Positions 25,281-34,205 of a stretch of DNA of 64,000 nt are shown one piece after another. The DNA is from a virus (lineage: Duplodnaviria > Caudoviricetes). The first letter of the stretch is position 1; the number at the start of each line of letters is the position of its first letter. The position numbers and the translations under genes are program-made. Below the pieces are notes generated by a model. That model saw only the letters and a program-made list of their open reading frames with translations. It did not search any database and was not told the origin of the DNA. The DNA is taken from positions 10,123 through 74,122 of IMG/VR virus record IMGVR_UViG_3300033076_001247; one strand, given 5' to 3'.

Positions 25281-25958
25281 ATGCAGAAGATCAACTTCGT
25301 CCGACTCAGCGAGATCGCCAAGTGGCCGAGGAATCCCAAGGATCACGACCTTCCATCCATCGAAGCCAGCATCCGGCGCTTCGGCTTTATCGACCCGCTG
25401 GTGCGTGACGAGAAGACCGGGCGGCTCGTCGCCGGCCACGGTCGCGCCGAGGCGCTTGAGCGGCTCAAGAAGGCGGGCAAGGACCGTCCGTCGCGGGTCG
25501 AAGTCGCGCCCGACGGCGAGTGGCTGGTGCCGGTGCTTGGCGGCGTGTCGTTTGAAAACGAGACCGACGCCGAGGCGTACCTCATCGCGTCGAACCGCCT
25601 GGTCGAGACCGGCGGCTACGACGACACCCTGCTGCGCGCCATTCTTGCGGACCTGCGGGATGCAGACGCCCTCGGAGGTACGGGCTTCAGTGAAAAGGAG
25701 GTCGACGCTCTCCTCAAAGCCGCCGCGAAGGACGCGCCGACGCTGGCCGAGGGCTTCTCGGACGAGGCCGACGCGACGATGGAGGCGCTCGACGGCGAGG
25801 ACGACGACGTCCGCACGCTGGTACTGACCGTCGAGGCCGACGAGTACCAGGGCTTTGTCTCGCGCCTGCAAGCCGTGATGCGGACCTGCAAAGGCGCGTC
25901 GTGGACCGATGCCGTCAAGGCGCTCCTCGACCGATGGGAAGCAGAGTCCGATGGGTAG
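25281..25958 (+). CDS. ParB/Srx-like N-terminal domain protein
   Basis: PRNPK.H....I.ASIRRFGFIDP.....LVAGHGR..A. Confidence 0.85.
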   Translation: MQKINFVRLSEIAKWPRNPKDHDLPSIEASIRRFGFIDPLVRDEKTGRLVAGHGRAEALERLKKAGKDRPSRVEVAPDGEWLVPVLGGVSFENETDAEAYLIASNRLVETGGYDDTLLRAILADLRDADALGGTGFSEKEVDALLKAAAKDAPTLAEGFSDEADATMEALDGEDDDVRTLVLTVEADEYQGFVSRLQAVMRTCKGASWTDAVKALLDRWEAESDG

Positions 25959-26469
25959 GAGTCTCATCTTCGCGACCGAGCTTGAGGCGCGCGCCATCGG
26001 CATGGGCCGCATCTCGGACGCCGCTATCGCTCGCACGCTCGGCGTGACGCGGCAGCGCGTCTGGGCCATCCGTCGACGGTACGGCATCCCCGCGCCCGAC
26101 ACTGATCTTCGTAGCCGGCGGGAGAAGCTGCTCGTTGAGCTGGCGCCGATGTCATCTGTCAGCGACGTCGCGCGCATCCTGCAACTCCCGCATACGACCG
26201 TCGTCGGCATGGGCAAGCGGCTCGGTGTCACGTTCCGCCCGTCGCTGACTCGAGGTCGACCGCCGCGCGTGCGAGAGGGCGACGTCGTCCGCGCCATCGC
26301 CGAGGCGAAGACGCACGCCGGGGCCGCGCGCCTGCTCGGCGTCCACCCGTCGACCATCTCGCAGGCCGTTCGCAAGGCAAGGCTCGTCGAGCGCGGCCTC
26401 GTTCCTCCCGCCATTCGTCGACCACAACTGGTCGTCGTTCCCTTGCCGAACGACCCCAAAACGCCGTAG
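25951..26469 (+). CDS. Triple-HTH DNA-binding protein
   Basis: SDAAIARTLGVTRQRV; SVSDVARILQL; AGAARLLGVHPSTI. Confidence 0.75.
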   Translation: MGRSLIFATELEARAIGMGRISDAAIARTLGVTRQRVWAIRRRYGIPAPDTDLRSRREKLLVELAPMSSVSDVARILQLPHTTVVGMGKRLGVTFRPSLTRGRPPRVREGDVVRAIAEAKTHAGAARLLGVHPSTISQAVRKARLVERGLVPPAIRRPQLVVVPLPNDPKTP

Positions 26470-26507
26470 GTTGCGCCACCGTACAGATATTCACGCTCCG
26501 GGGTTCG

Positions 26508-27356
26508 ATGTCACAGCTCTCCTCCGCCCCGTTCCTGCCGACCGCCGAACAGCGGCGCCTCGTCGTCGCATGGCGGGCCGGTGACGCGCAGGCGCGAGAG
26601 CGGCTTATTGTCGGGCTGATCCCGTCTGTGAAGCTCCGCGTGCAGTACTTCGCCGGCCGCAAGCCGATGGACCCGGAACTCCGCGAGGACTTGATCTGCG
26701 AAGGCACCGTCGGCCTCGTGCAGGGGCTCGAGAAGTACGACGTGAGCCGCCTCGACGACACCGCGCCCTGGTCATACGCCGCACACTGGGTCGACCTGCG
26801 GATCCGCGAGGCGATGGTCCGTCTTATCCCACCCGTCTCGTTCCGAAACTACATGGCCTGGTGGCGCACTGGCTCGGCGAGGCGCCTCGAGCCGGGCGAG
26901 TCGTTCGACGTCGCGAGAGACGAGAACGACGAGCTCCTTGCGCGCCGCCTGCCCTCGCATCAGCGCAGCGCCGACGACTTGCTCGAGGACGCTGAGCGTC
27001 CCGCAGAGGCGTGGGCCGAGCTCCGAGAGGCGGTCCCGCAGGTTCCGTCCGAGGAATGGGAACTGTTTTCGCTGCGCGTCCTGCACCGTCTGACGCCCGC
27101 GCAGGTCGCCGAGCGGTACGCGCGGACGTGGCCCTACTGGCGCGAGAACGATGTCGACAGGGTCACGAAGCGCGTCCTCGGCCTGCTGCTCGTCTCGCAC
27201 GGGCAGGACGCCTCGCCGGCCGCGCTGCTGGCGCGATTCAGAAAGCTGGTTCCCGAGGAAGACGCCCCCGATGCACCGCCTCCACCCGCACCGACGAGCC
27301 TTCGCACATGGTTTCTGACCCCGAGTCCCGAAGCGCCGCCGAAGAAGCGCCGCTGA
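26508..27356 (+). CDS. Phage-encoded sigma70-family sigma factor
   Basis: Region 1.2/2: GD..ARERLI; EDLI.EG.VGL...EKYD; SYA.HW...I; region 4-like TPAQVAERY. Confidence 0.85.
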   Translation: MSQLSSAPFLPTAEQRRLVVAWRAGDAQARERLIVGLIPSVKLRVQYFAGRKPMDPELREDLICEGTVGLVQGLEKYDVSRLDDTAPWSYAAHWVDLRIREAMVRLIPPVSFRNYMAWWRTGSARRLEPGESFDVARDENDELLARRLPSHQRSADDLLEDAERPAEAWAELREAVPQVPSEEWELFSLRVLHRLTPAQVAERYARTWPYWRENDVDRVTKRVLGLLLVSHGQDASPAALLARFRKLVPEEDAPDAPPPPAPTSLRTWFLTPSPEAPPKKRR

Positions 27357-27388
27357 CGCAGCACGTTGGCGGTCTCTGCCTTGCGGTC

Positions 27389-27565
27389 ATGCTGCTCGAC
27401 ACCGGCTACCAACTCGGGGTGTCCGTTGGGCAGCCAAGTGACCGCGACGTGCGCTGGTACCGTCTCGCCGACGACGCGATCCGCGCCGAGGTATGGCGCA
27501 TGCTCGGCCACCGCATCGAGGTCTGGGCGCGCGGCGGAACCGTGCAGCGCGTGGAGATGCCATGA
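27389..27565 (+). CDS. Hypothetical protein
   Basis: Short ORF; start uncertain. Confidence 0.45.
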   Translation: MLLDTGYQLGVSVGQPSDRDVRWYRLADDAIRAEVWRMLGHRIEVWARGGTVQRVEMP

Positions 27566-27816
27566 TCGGTTGCCGTGCCGTCGACAGACAACCTCGCATC
27601 TGTGCGTTTGACGGGTGTGACCGCGTCGTCCTAAACCGACTCGGGTTCTGCGTCTCGCATCACGGCATCGCGTGGCCTTGCTCGTTTGACGCCTCGTGCA
27701 AGTACCGATGCGCCGCACACAGTAAGACCCGGCTCTGCCAGGAGCACGCCTGGTACGCCGAGAAGATGCGTCGCGAAGCGCGAGCGCAACTGCGCGAGAA
27801 CATCCTCAAGGAGTAG
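27562..27816 (+). CDS. Cx4C...CxxH zinc-finger repeat protein (paralog of 14431)
   Basis: CAFDGC..GFCVSH; CSFDASC..KTRLCQEH. Confidence 0.65.
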   Translation: MIGCRAVDRQPRICAFDGCDRVVLNRLGFCVSHHGIAWPCSFDASCKYRCAAHSKTRLCQEHAWYAEKMRREARAQLRENILKE

Positions 27817-27865
27817 GGACTCCATCGACGGGCCGCGCTTTTCTCCGCGCCCGCGTGGAGACTGC

Positions 27866-28519
27866 ATGCACCTCGCCTCACCGCTTCCCAAAGGCTGCGA
27901 GTACCTCGCCGACGTCGCCGAGAAGGCCGGCAAGGACCACGGCGTCTCGCCGTACCTGCTCCTCGGCATCTGTTACGCAGAGTCGAACTTCGGCCTCGCG
28001 CTGAAGCCGCCGGGGCCGGCTGGCTCGGGCGACTACATCGCGCGCCCCGCGACGCCCGACCGGAACACGAAGATGGCCGCCGCTCCGCTGCCCGGCGTCG
28101 AGCGCAAGGTGCTGGCCGACGGCATCAAGGCCCGTAAGCTCGCGGGGCCGGTCGACGCCTGGGTGCCGACGACCACCGGCTGGGGCTGCGGGCTGATGCA
28201 ATTCGACTTCGAGGCGCACTTCGAGTTCTGCAAGAGCGGCGCGTGGAAGGAGCCGGCCGCCATCTTCGCGCAGGCGTGCAAGCTGCTCCTGAGCAACCGC
28301 AAGTACCTCGCCGGCAAGCACCCGAAGCTCGACGCCTACGCGCTCTCGCAAGCGTCCATCGCCGCGTACAACGCGGGCGCGGGCCGTGTTGCAAAGTTCC
28401 TCGCCGAGGGAAAGAGCCTCGACGAGGCGACGTTCCACCCCGGCTACGCGAAGAAGATCTGCGACAAGGCCGAGCAGCTCGCCGGCGCCGCCGGCGTCTG
28501 GGCGCAGTGGGGCGCCTGA
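27866..28519 (+). CDS. Lytic transglycosylase/goose-type lysozyme, probable endolysin
   Basis: AES catalytic Glu, GLMQ, AAYNAG, Y...I. Confidence 0.88.
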   Translation: MHLASPLPKGCEYLADVAEKAGKDHGVSPYLLLGICYAESNFGLALKPPGPAGSGDYIARPATPDRNTKMAAAPLPGVERKVLADGIKARKLAGPVDAWVPTTTGWGCGLMQFDFEAHFEFCKSGAWKEPAAIFAQACKLLLSNRKYLAGKHPKLDAYALSQASIAAYNAGAGRVAKFLAEGKSLDEATFHPGYAKKICDKAEQLAGAAGVWAQWGA

Positions 28520-28597
28520 CAACCCTCGTCGGTCGCACCTCGACGCCGACGGCCGGTTCCGAGAGGGGCTGGCCGTCTCTCGTTGACGCCGCGTCGA

Positions 28598-28673
28598 TTT
28601 TTTCTTGCCTCTCTCCGTGGCCTGTCGCAATCTCCGCCCACCCCGGCACTGACGCTCGGGCACGGAGATACCG
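28598..28673 (+). promoter_or_regulatory. Conserved promoter + leader module C
   Basis: T-tract, TTGCCT-N17-CAATCT, 40 nt to ATG including GCACTGACGC-N3-GGCACGGAGA. Confidence 0.7.
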
Positions 28674-28886
28674 ATGAAGCGCACTGACCTTCCCCCCGCC
28701 CACCTCCTCCCGCTCGTAACCACCGTTGAGCGCGTCTACAGCGAGACGCCGACCTGGCTCATCGCGGTCGGTCTCGCGGTCCTCATGGCCGCCGTCGCGG
28801 CCGTTGGCTGTAGCCAGCAGCGAGACCTCGACAAGCACCAGTGCGAGGCGACCTTCGGCGCGGGCGACGCCCGTTGCGCGCAGTAG
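28674..28886 (+). CDS. Small membrane/lipoprotein-like protein
   Basis: Hydrophobic stretch ending AAVGC; two further Cys. Confidence 0.6.
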   Translation: MKRTDLPPAHLLPLVTTVERVYSETPTWLIAVGLAVLMAAVAAVGCSQQRDLDKHQCEATFGAGDARCAQ

Positions 28887-28902
28887 AGAGGAGGCTCCCG
28901 AC

Positions 28903-29232
28903 ATGTCAAAGACCAACCTCGGCCAAATCCTCCTCGCCGCCATTCACCTTCGCCTCGACAAGACCGCGCCCGACCTGCTCGCGTTGACGCCTCCGTGGGC
29001 CGCGCTCGGTGACCTTGAGCGCGAGGCGTGGTCCTACGCCGCCGAGCAGATCGCCGCCGGCAACGGACTCGCCGTCCGCGAGCGCGCCGCCGAGATTCTC
29101 GAGGAGTACGCCGCCCGCAGCACGCGCCACGGCTCCGACGAGTGGCTGCTTTTCGGCGAGGCGACCGAGGAGATGCGCGCCCTGCGCGTTCCCAGCGCCG
29201 ACGAGCCGATTGTCGACCCGTCCGTCCACTGA
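28903..29232 (+). CDS. Hypothetical protein
   Basis: GGAGG RBS. Confidence 0.65.
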   Translation: MSKTNLGQILLAAIHLRLDKTAPDLLALTPPWAALGDLEREAWSYAAEQIAAGNGLAVRERAAEILEEYAARSTRHGSDEWLLFGEATEEMRALRVPSADEPIVDPSVH

Positions 29233-29265
29233 CCCCCAGCCGCCCGCGAGGGCATCGCGAACCCA

Positions 29266-29481
29266 ATGTCCGAGACCACCGAGAACTCCGCCCCTGTCGC
29301 TGAGCAGCAGGTCCACCCCGAGGTCGCCCGCGTGTCCGCCATCGTCGCGCAGGCCGCGCAGGCGCTCACGCAGGTGCAGACCCTGCTCTACGAACTCCCG
29401 AAGGTCGTCGGCGGCAACATCCAACTCGCCGCCGAGATCGAGAAGCTCAAGCTCGACGGCGTCAAGGACGTGCAGTCGTGA
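29266..29481 (+). CDS. Hypothetical coiled-coil protein
   Basis: 71 aa. Confidence 0.6.
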   Translation: MSETTENSAPVAEQQVHPEVARVSAIVAQAAQALTQVQTLLYELPKVVGGNIQLAAEIEKLKLDGVKDVQS

Positions 29482-29535
29482 GCCAGCCCGTCGAACTCCC
29501 CTGGGCGCTGCGCGACTGGTGGGCGGGCTCGCGTC

Positions 29536-29793
29536 GTGACTAATCGTCACTGCGACAAATGTCACCGCCCTGTTCACCTGGCAACGCACGCCTTCACCGG
29601 CGCCCGCGTTCCCATCGTCTGCTCGGCGAGCTACCATCCGACGGCGCCGGGCGAGTGGGCGATCTGGTCGACGCCCGACGAGCCGCGCATCGACTACACG
29701 GCGCCGAGGCTCGTGCTCTCAACGCTGCGACTCAAGCCAGACGCGCACTCGTGGCGCGGCGACCTGCACGAATGCTACGAGGGAAAGCGATGA
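29536..29793 (+). CDS. Hypothetical protein
   Basis: CDKC...H.C. Confidence 0.55.
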   Translation: MTNRHCDKCHRPVHLATHAFTGARVPIVCSASYHPTAPGEWAIWSTPDEPRIDYTAPRLVLSTLRLKPDAHSWRGDLHECYEGKR

Positions 29794-29972
29794 ACCAGTC
29801 CGCACCGTGGGATGACGCACAGGTTGTCTACGTCACCCAGCACGACGAACAGGCGGCGCCCGACGAGCAGGTCGAGCACGACGAGGCGCTGCTCCGCGCC
29901 GTGATCCGCGCCATCAAGCGGTCGCCGAAGCTGCACGCCGAGCTCGTTATCGCCCTAGAACACAAGGTCTGA
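29790..29972 (+). CDS. Hypothetical protein
   Basis: ATGA coupling; last + strand gene before the terminator. Confidence 0.55.
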   Translation: MNQSAPWDDAQVVYVTQHDEQAAPDEQVEHDEALLRAVIRAIKRSPKLHAELVIALEHKV

Positions 29973-30012
29973 CGGTCCCCCCGCCGTCAGAACAGAGAGT
30001 CCCATCTCTCCG

Positions 30013-30050
30013 AGCGAGCCCGCCGGCCATCCGGCGGGCTCGCTTGTTTT
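30013..30050 (+). terminator. Terminator between convergent units
   Basis: 14-bp stem AGCGAGCCCGCCGG-CCAT-CCGGCGGGCTCGCT + TGTTTT. Confidence 0.85.
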
Positions 30051-30055
30051 CTTCG

Positions 30056-31159
30056 TCAGACGCGCACGGGCATGATGACCGACAGCGTCTTCGCGCTCGC
30101 GACCGTCTCGCCGTGCGGCAGCACGAGAATCGGCTCTTCCTTCGCCACGAGGCGCAGGTCGACCGCCTCGCCGCCGATGGCCTTCACCGCCTCGCGCAAG
30201 TAGCCGGGGTTCAGTCCGATGTCGCTCTCGGTGTCCTTGCCGACGACCGCCGCGTCGTGCGTGACGACGAGCTCGCCGAGGTCGGGTTCTCGAGCCGCGA
30301 GTGTGATCGACTGCCCGGCGACCGTCGCCTGGACGCGCAGCGACGTCCCGCCGATAGCCCGCGCCTGCTCAGTCGTCTCGACCAGAAGGCCGCTGTCGAC
30401 CGTGACCGTCTGGCCCTCGCCGACTGCCTCGACCACGCTGCGCCAGTCGGGGTGCTGTCCGTCGATGAGGCGCATCACGAGCGCCTGGCTGTCGTCGGCG
30501 TAGTGGATCGCGTTCGCCTCGAACGTGAATCGACCTTCGGCTCGAGCGCAAGCGCGGAGCATCTTCGTCGCGTCGCCGGCCACAATGACCTGCGCGTCCT
30601 CGCCGAGCGTCAGCCCGACCGGCCACGCCGTGCGCGTGAGCGCCAGCCGGTGCCCGTCGGTCGCCATCAACGCGAGCCGGTCGCCGTCGCGGGACAGACT
30701 CACACCACACAGGGCATACCGCGTCTCGTCATGGCCCACCGCGTGAGCGACCTTCTCAAAGGCCGTCGAGAGCCGGTCCCACTGCGGGCACAGGTCGTCT
30801 GCCTTGCAGGGCACCGAGATGGCCGCGCTGTCGGCGTCGATGAGAGGCACTGCGAACCGAGCAGCTCCGCTCTGAACCGTCAGGCGCCGGGCCAGAGACG
30901 GGCAATCAAGGCTCGTCGTGTCCCCGTGCAGCGCGCCGACCACCGCCGCGAAGTGACGCAGCGGGACGACGGCCTGCAACGTCGAGATGCCGCCCGAGAC
31001 GCCGAGCCGCCGCTCGTACCAGTCGCCGATCACGTTGACGCTCACGCGCAGCGTGTCGCCGTAGCCCTCGAGGCGGACCTGCGTCGTCCCGTCCGTCCGT
31101 CCCACGCGCAGCCCGAGGGCGAGCGCCTCCTGCAACTCTTCCGTCCGAACCTTCGTCAT
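30056..31159 (-). CDS. dnaN: DNA polymerase III beta sliding clamp homolog
   Basis: DETRYALCGV, MATDGHRL, RLIDG.HPDW, GLNPGYL, VIMPVRV. Confidence 0.9.
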   Translation of the reverse strand: MTKVRTEELQEALALGLRVGRTDGTTQVRLEGYGDTLRVSVNVIGDWYERRLGVSGGISTLQAVVPLRHFAAVVGALHGDTTSLDCPSLARRLTVQSGAARFAVPLIDADSAAISVPCKADDLCPQWDRLSTAFEKVAHAVGHDETRYALCGVSLSRDGDRLALMATDGHRLALTRTAWPVGLTLGEDAQVIVAGDATKMLRACARAEGRFTFEANAIHYADDSQALVMRLIDGQHPDWRSVVEAVGEGQTVTVDSGLLVETTEQARAIGGTSLRVQATVAGQSITLAAREPDLGELVVTHDAAVVGKDTESDIGLNPGYLREAVKAIGGEAVDLRLVAKEEPILVLPHGETVASAKTLSVIMPVRV

Positions 31160-32526
31160 TCGCTGTCTCCCAGGTGCTCCACGCGCACCTCGTAACCCTC
31201 GGCCTGATATGCGAGGCGTCGAGCGCGCGCGTGCGCCTCAAGCCATCGCTGGCCCCTGTCGTTGAACTCCCACACCACGCAGGAGCTCTTCCCCTCCGCC
31301 TTTCGCAGCCCGCGCCCGACGCGCTGAATGGCCGCGATGGTCGACTGTCCGCCGGCCGCAATGACGACCGACCGAAGCGCCGGAATATCGACGCCCTCTT
31401 GAAAGATGACCGAGCAGACGAGGACGTCGATGCGCCCTTCGACAAGCTGTGCGATGGCGGCCTCTCGCTGCTCGGTCGTGTGCGCCCCGTGAACGTAGGC
31501 TGCTCGGATGCCGGCGCGGGCGAAGGCGCGCATCAAGACCTGCCCGTGCTCGACCGCCTGGACGAAGACGAGCGCGGGCTTCTCGGAGCGCCGCACGGCC
31601 TCGACGACGAGCGCGTTGCGCCGCGCCGAATGCACGACGAGCCGGTCATAGACCGTCGGCCACGTCGCGTCGTCGAGCTCGTCCTGCCAGCAGTCCGCCA
31701 TGAGGATGAGCGGCTTCGCGAGCACCTCGCGCTCGACGAGCACCTCGGGCCGCATGCGGTAGATGACGGGGCCGGTCGCACCGACGACGAGCGAGGACTT
31801 CCGGTCGCCTCGAGCGAGCGGCGTTCCCGACAGGCCGATGCGATAGCGGGCGTTCGTCGCGACGCCCATCACCGTCGTGAAGGTCGACGCCGCGAGAGCG
31901 TGCGCCTCGTCAACGATGACGCCGTCGACCGCCTCGAGCAGCGCCCGCGCCTCGGCGTCGCCGTTCGCGAGGCGAGCCGCGAGCGTCTGGAAGGTCGCGA
32001 CTGTGAACCGACGGGGACGCCACCCGCTCTCGCCGACCTTGCCTGCGGTCTCGCCCGTGAACCTCTTGAACGACTCGGCGGTCTGGTTGAGCAACGACAG
32101 CCGGTGAACGAGGAACAGCCAGCGGGCCGTCGGAAACGAGGCAACGATGCTCGAAGCGGTCGAGGTTTTCCCAGATGCGGTCGGGAGCCAGAGGATGCCG
32201 CGCTCGCGGGCGCAAACGGCCTCCAAAGCGGCTCGCTGGTAGTCGCGCAGCCAAGACACGTCGACGCTCTCGTCGCGCGCCGGCGAGGCCGGGCGGAGGT
32301 CGAGGACATCGAGCGTGCGGAGCTCCTTCGACGCCCGCGACTGGACGATGGGCAGGAAGCCGCTTGGGAACTCGCCGGCGGTCTCGTCCAGCAAGCACAT
32401 CGGCCGCTCGACGCCGGTCGCCCCGACTGTGCGGAACGTGAGGAGTTGCCGCAACCAGTCGCGCTCGTAGTCGTCCGCTCGGACGATGCGGCACGACACG
32501 TTGCGGAACTCGACCTGCACGCGCAC
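31156..32526 (-). CDS. SF2 DNA helicase (UvsW/ResIII-like)
   Basis: LRDYQ, PTASGKT, DEAH, GLSGTP, EGVDIP, QRVGRGLR. Confidence 0.92.
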   Translation of the reverse strand: MRVQVEFRNVSCRIVRADDYERDWLRQLLTFRTVGATGVERPMCLLDETAGEFPSGFLPIVQSRASKELRTLDVLDLRPASPARDESVDVSWLRDYQRAALEAVCARERGILWLPTASGKTSTASSIVASFPTARWLFLVHRLSLLNQTAESFKRFTGETAGKVGESGWRPRRFTVATFQTLAARLANGDAEARALLEAVDGVIVDEAHALAASTFTTVMGVATNARYRIGLSGTPLARGDRKSSLVVGATGPVIYRMRPEVLVEREVLAKPLILMADCWQDELDDATWPTVYDRLVVHSARRNALVVEAVRRSEKPALVFVQAVEHGQVLMRAFARAGIRAAYVHGAHTTEQREAAIAQLVEGRIDVLVCSVIFQEGVDIPALRSVVIAAGGQSTIAAIQRVGRGLRKAEGKSSCVVWEFNDRGQRWLEAHARARRLAYQAEGYEVRVEHLGDSE

Positions 32527-32601
32527 CCCTGTCGGAAGACGCGCACGGTACGCGAAACGCTACCGCGTGACAACGGCAACGCGCGGTGCGATGGTGACCG
32601 A

Positions 32602-33039
32602 ATGGGCGGACGAGCGGCAAGGACCAAGGGTCACGGTTTCGAGCGCGAGGTCGCGCAGTGGCTTCGCGAGAAAGTCGGCATTGAGGCGAAGCGCGGCCTG
32701 TCGCAACCTCGAGGCGGAACCGCCGAGGAGCCCGACGTTCTCACGCCCGGCGGGTGGCCGCTCTGGCTCGAGCTCAAGCGCGGGAAGAAGACCGACAGCC
32801 GCGCCGCCCTGCGCCAGGCTCGCAACGCCATCGCGAGCTCGGGCGCCGACTGCTGGCCCGTCGCCATCTGTCGCGACGACCAGGAAGAGGCGACGGCGAT
32901 GATGCCGCTCGAGCTGCTCGGCCTGCTGTTGCTTCTTTGGGACCGCCGAGCCCCGAGCGCCATCGGCTACGTTGTCGAGGCGCCCAAGGCCCGCAAGCCT
33001 CGCAAGCCGAAGCCGGTCAGTCCTGCTCCGGCGGAGTAG
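32602..33039 (+). CDS. Hjc-like Holliday junction resolvase (PD-(D/E)XK)
   Basis: KG..FEREVA..L; PDV; LELKR. Confidence 0.85.
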   Translation: MGGRAARTKGHGFEREVAQWLREKVGIEAKRGLSQPRGGTAEEPDVLTPGGWPLWLELKRGKKTDSRAALRQARNAIASSGADCWPVAICRDDQEEATAMMPLELLGLLLLLWDRRAPSAIGYVVEAPKARKPRKPKPVSPAPAE

Positions 33040-33208
33040 ACGCCGCGTCGCGCTCGGCCTTCGCTTGCGCCACGCGAGCGCGGAATGACGCGCCAACGTC
33101 GGGCTGCGGCGTCTTGCGGACGAACGACGTTGCCGCCGCCCAAGCCGCAGCAAGCATCCCAACGATGCCGGTCCCGATGAACAGCGCGAAGTCCTTGAGC
33201 GACCTCAC
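33017..33208 (-). CDS. Small membrane protein (lysis-associated candidate)
   Basis: One TM helix; overlaps the resolvase 3' end. Confidence 0.5.
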   Translation of the reverse strand: MRSLKDFALFIGTGIVGMLAAAWAAATSFVRKTPQPDVGASFRARVAQAKAERDAASTPPEQD

Positions 33209-33423
33209 GACTTCTTTCCGCCCTTCGCGAACTTGACCGCCTGCACGGCCTTGTCGCCGTTCAACGCGACGGCATTGAGGCCAGCCGCGACGGTCAGCAG
33301 CCAGGGCGCGACCGAGTCGCCCGCCGCCTGCGTGTTGCGGATGCGCTGGTTGAGCACGCTGGCCGCAAGCGACGCGACCGGAACGACGATGCCGGCGAGG
33401 TTGATGATTCCGTCGAGGGTCAT
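33205..33423 (-). CDS. Holin-like two-TM protein
   Basis: Two hydrophobic segments, basic C-terminus KFAKGGKKS. Confidence 0.55.
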   Translation of the reverse strand: MTLDGIINLAGIVVPVASLAASVLNQRIRNTQAAGDSVAPWLLTVAAGLNAVALNGDKAVQAVKFAKGGKKS

Positions 33424-34205
33424 GCCTTCCCTTTCTTGAGCGCGACCTGCGCCTTCTGGAACGCCTTAAGCGCCTTCTCAAGCTTGCCGACCCGCTTCTC
33501 GACGTCGTCGCCGCCGACCGCGAGCGAGCCCTGCTGCTCACCCTTGCCGGCGAGCTCATCGACACGGGCCAACAGGCCGGCCGCCTGCGACTCGACCGAG
33601 GCGACCTTGAGCGCGAGCTCGTCGCGGGCGATCTTGCAGTCGGCGTGCTGGCTCGCCTGCTGTTCGAGCTTTTTCTCTTCGAGCTCGGCCTGTTTTGCCT
33701 CGCGTTCGCGCTTGGCTTCCATCCAGCCGGGGCCGAACCTCCACGCGATGGCGCCGGCCATGACGATAAGGGCGAGGAGCACCGTCAGCACGCTTGCGCT
33801 GCCGTCCTTCGGGATGAGCGCCATGATGTCGGGCGGCACGTCGTGCGGCACGGCAACGGTCGCCGTTGTCACGGCCGGCACAGGGGCAAGAGCGGGCGGA
33901 GCGACCTCGGGCGGCTTGATCTCTTCCATCGGCTTCTCCTTCGGAGCAGATCGCGCTGCCCAGTGTTTGCGGTGCGCGGCCTTCCATTCGGGCGTGTCGC
34001 GGTGCTCGCACCTGTAGTCGCGCACCTCGGCGTCCATCGGATGCCCGTACTCGTCAACGAGTTGCTCTTGCGCGACCCATCCGCGCAGCCCTTCGGGCAG
34101 CGCACACGGTGGCTCGTCGGGTCGCAGGTCCGACAAGCGCGCGTACCCCTGCTCGTCGAGCGGCCACGCGCAAGGCGCCAGGGTCGTCGTGTCAGTAAAT
34201 GACAT
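33420..34205 (-). CDS. TM + coiled-coil protein (holin/spanin-like); probable internal start at 33929
   Basis: VLTVLLALIVMAGAIAW then coiled coil; AAGGAG before ATG 33929. Confidence 0.55.
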   Translation of the reverse strand: MSFTDTTTLAPCAWPLDEQGYARLSDLRPDEPPCALPEGLRGWVAQEQLVDEYGHPMDAEVRDYRCEHRDTPEWKAAHRKHWAARSAPKEKPMEEIKPPEVAPPALAPVPAVTTATVAVPHDVPPDIMALIPKDGSASVLTVLLALIVMAGAIAWRFGPGWMEAKREREAKQAELEEKKLEQQASQHADCKIARDELALKVASVESQAAGLLARVDELAGKGEQQGSLAVGGDDVEKRVGKLEKALKAFQKAQVALKKGKA

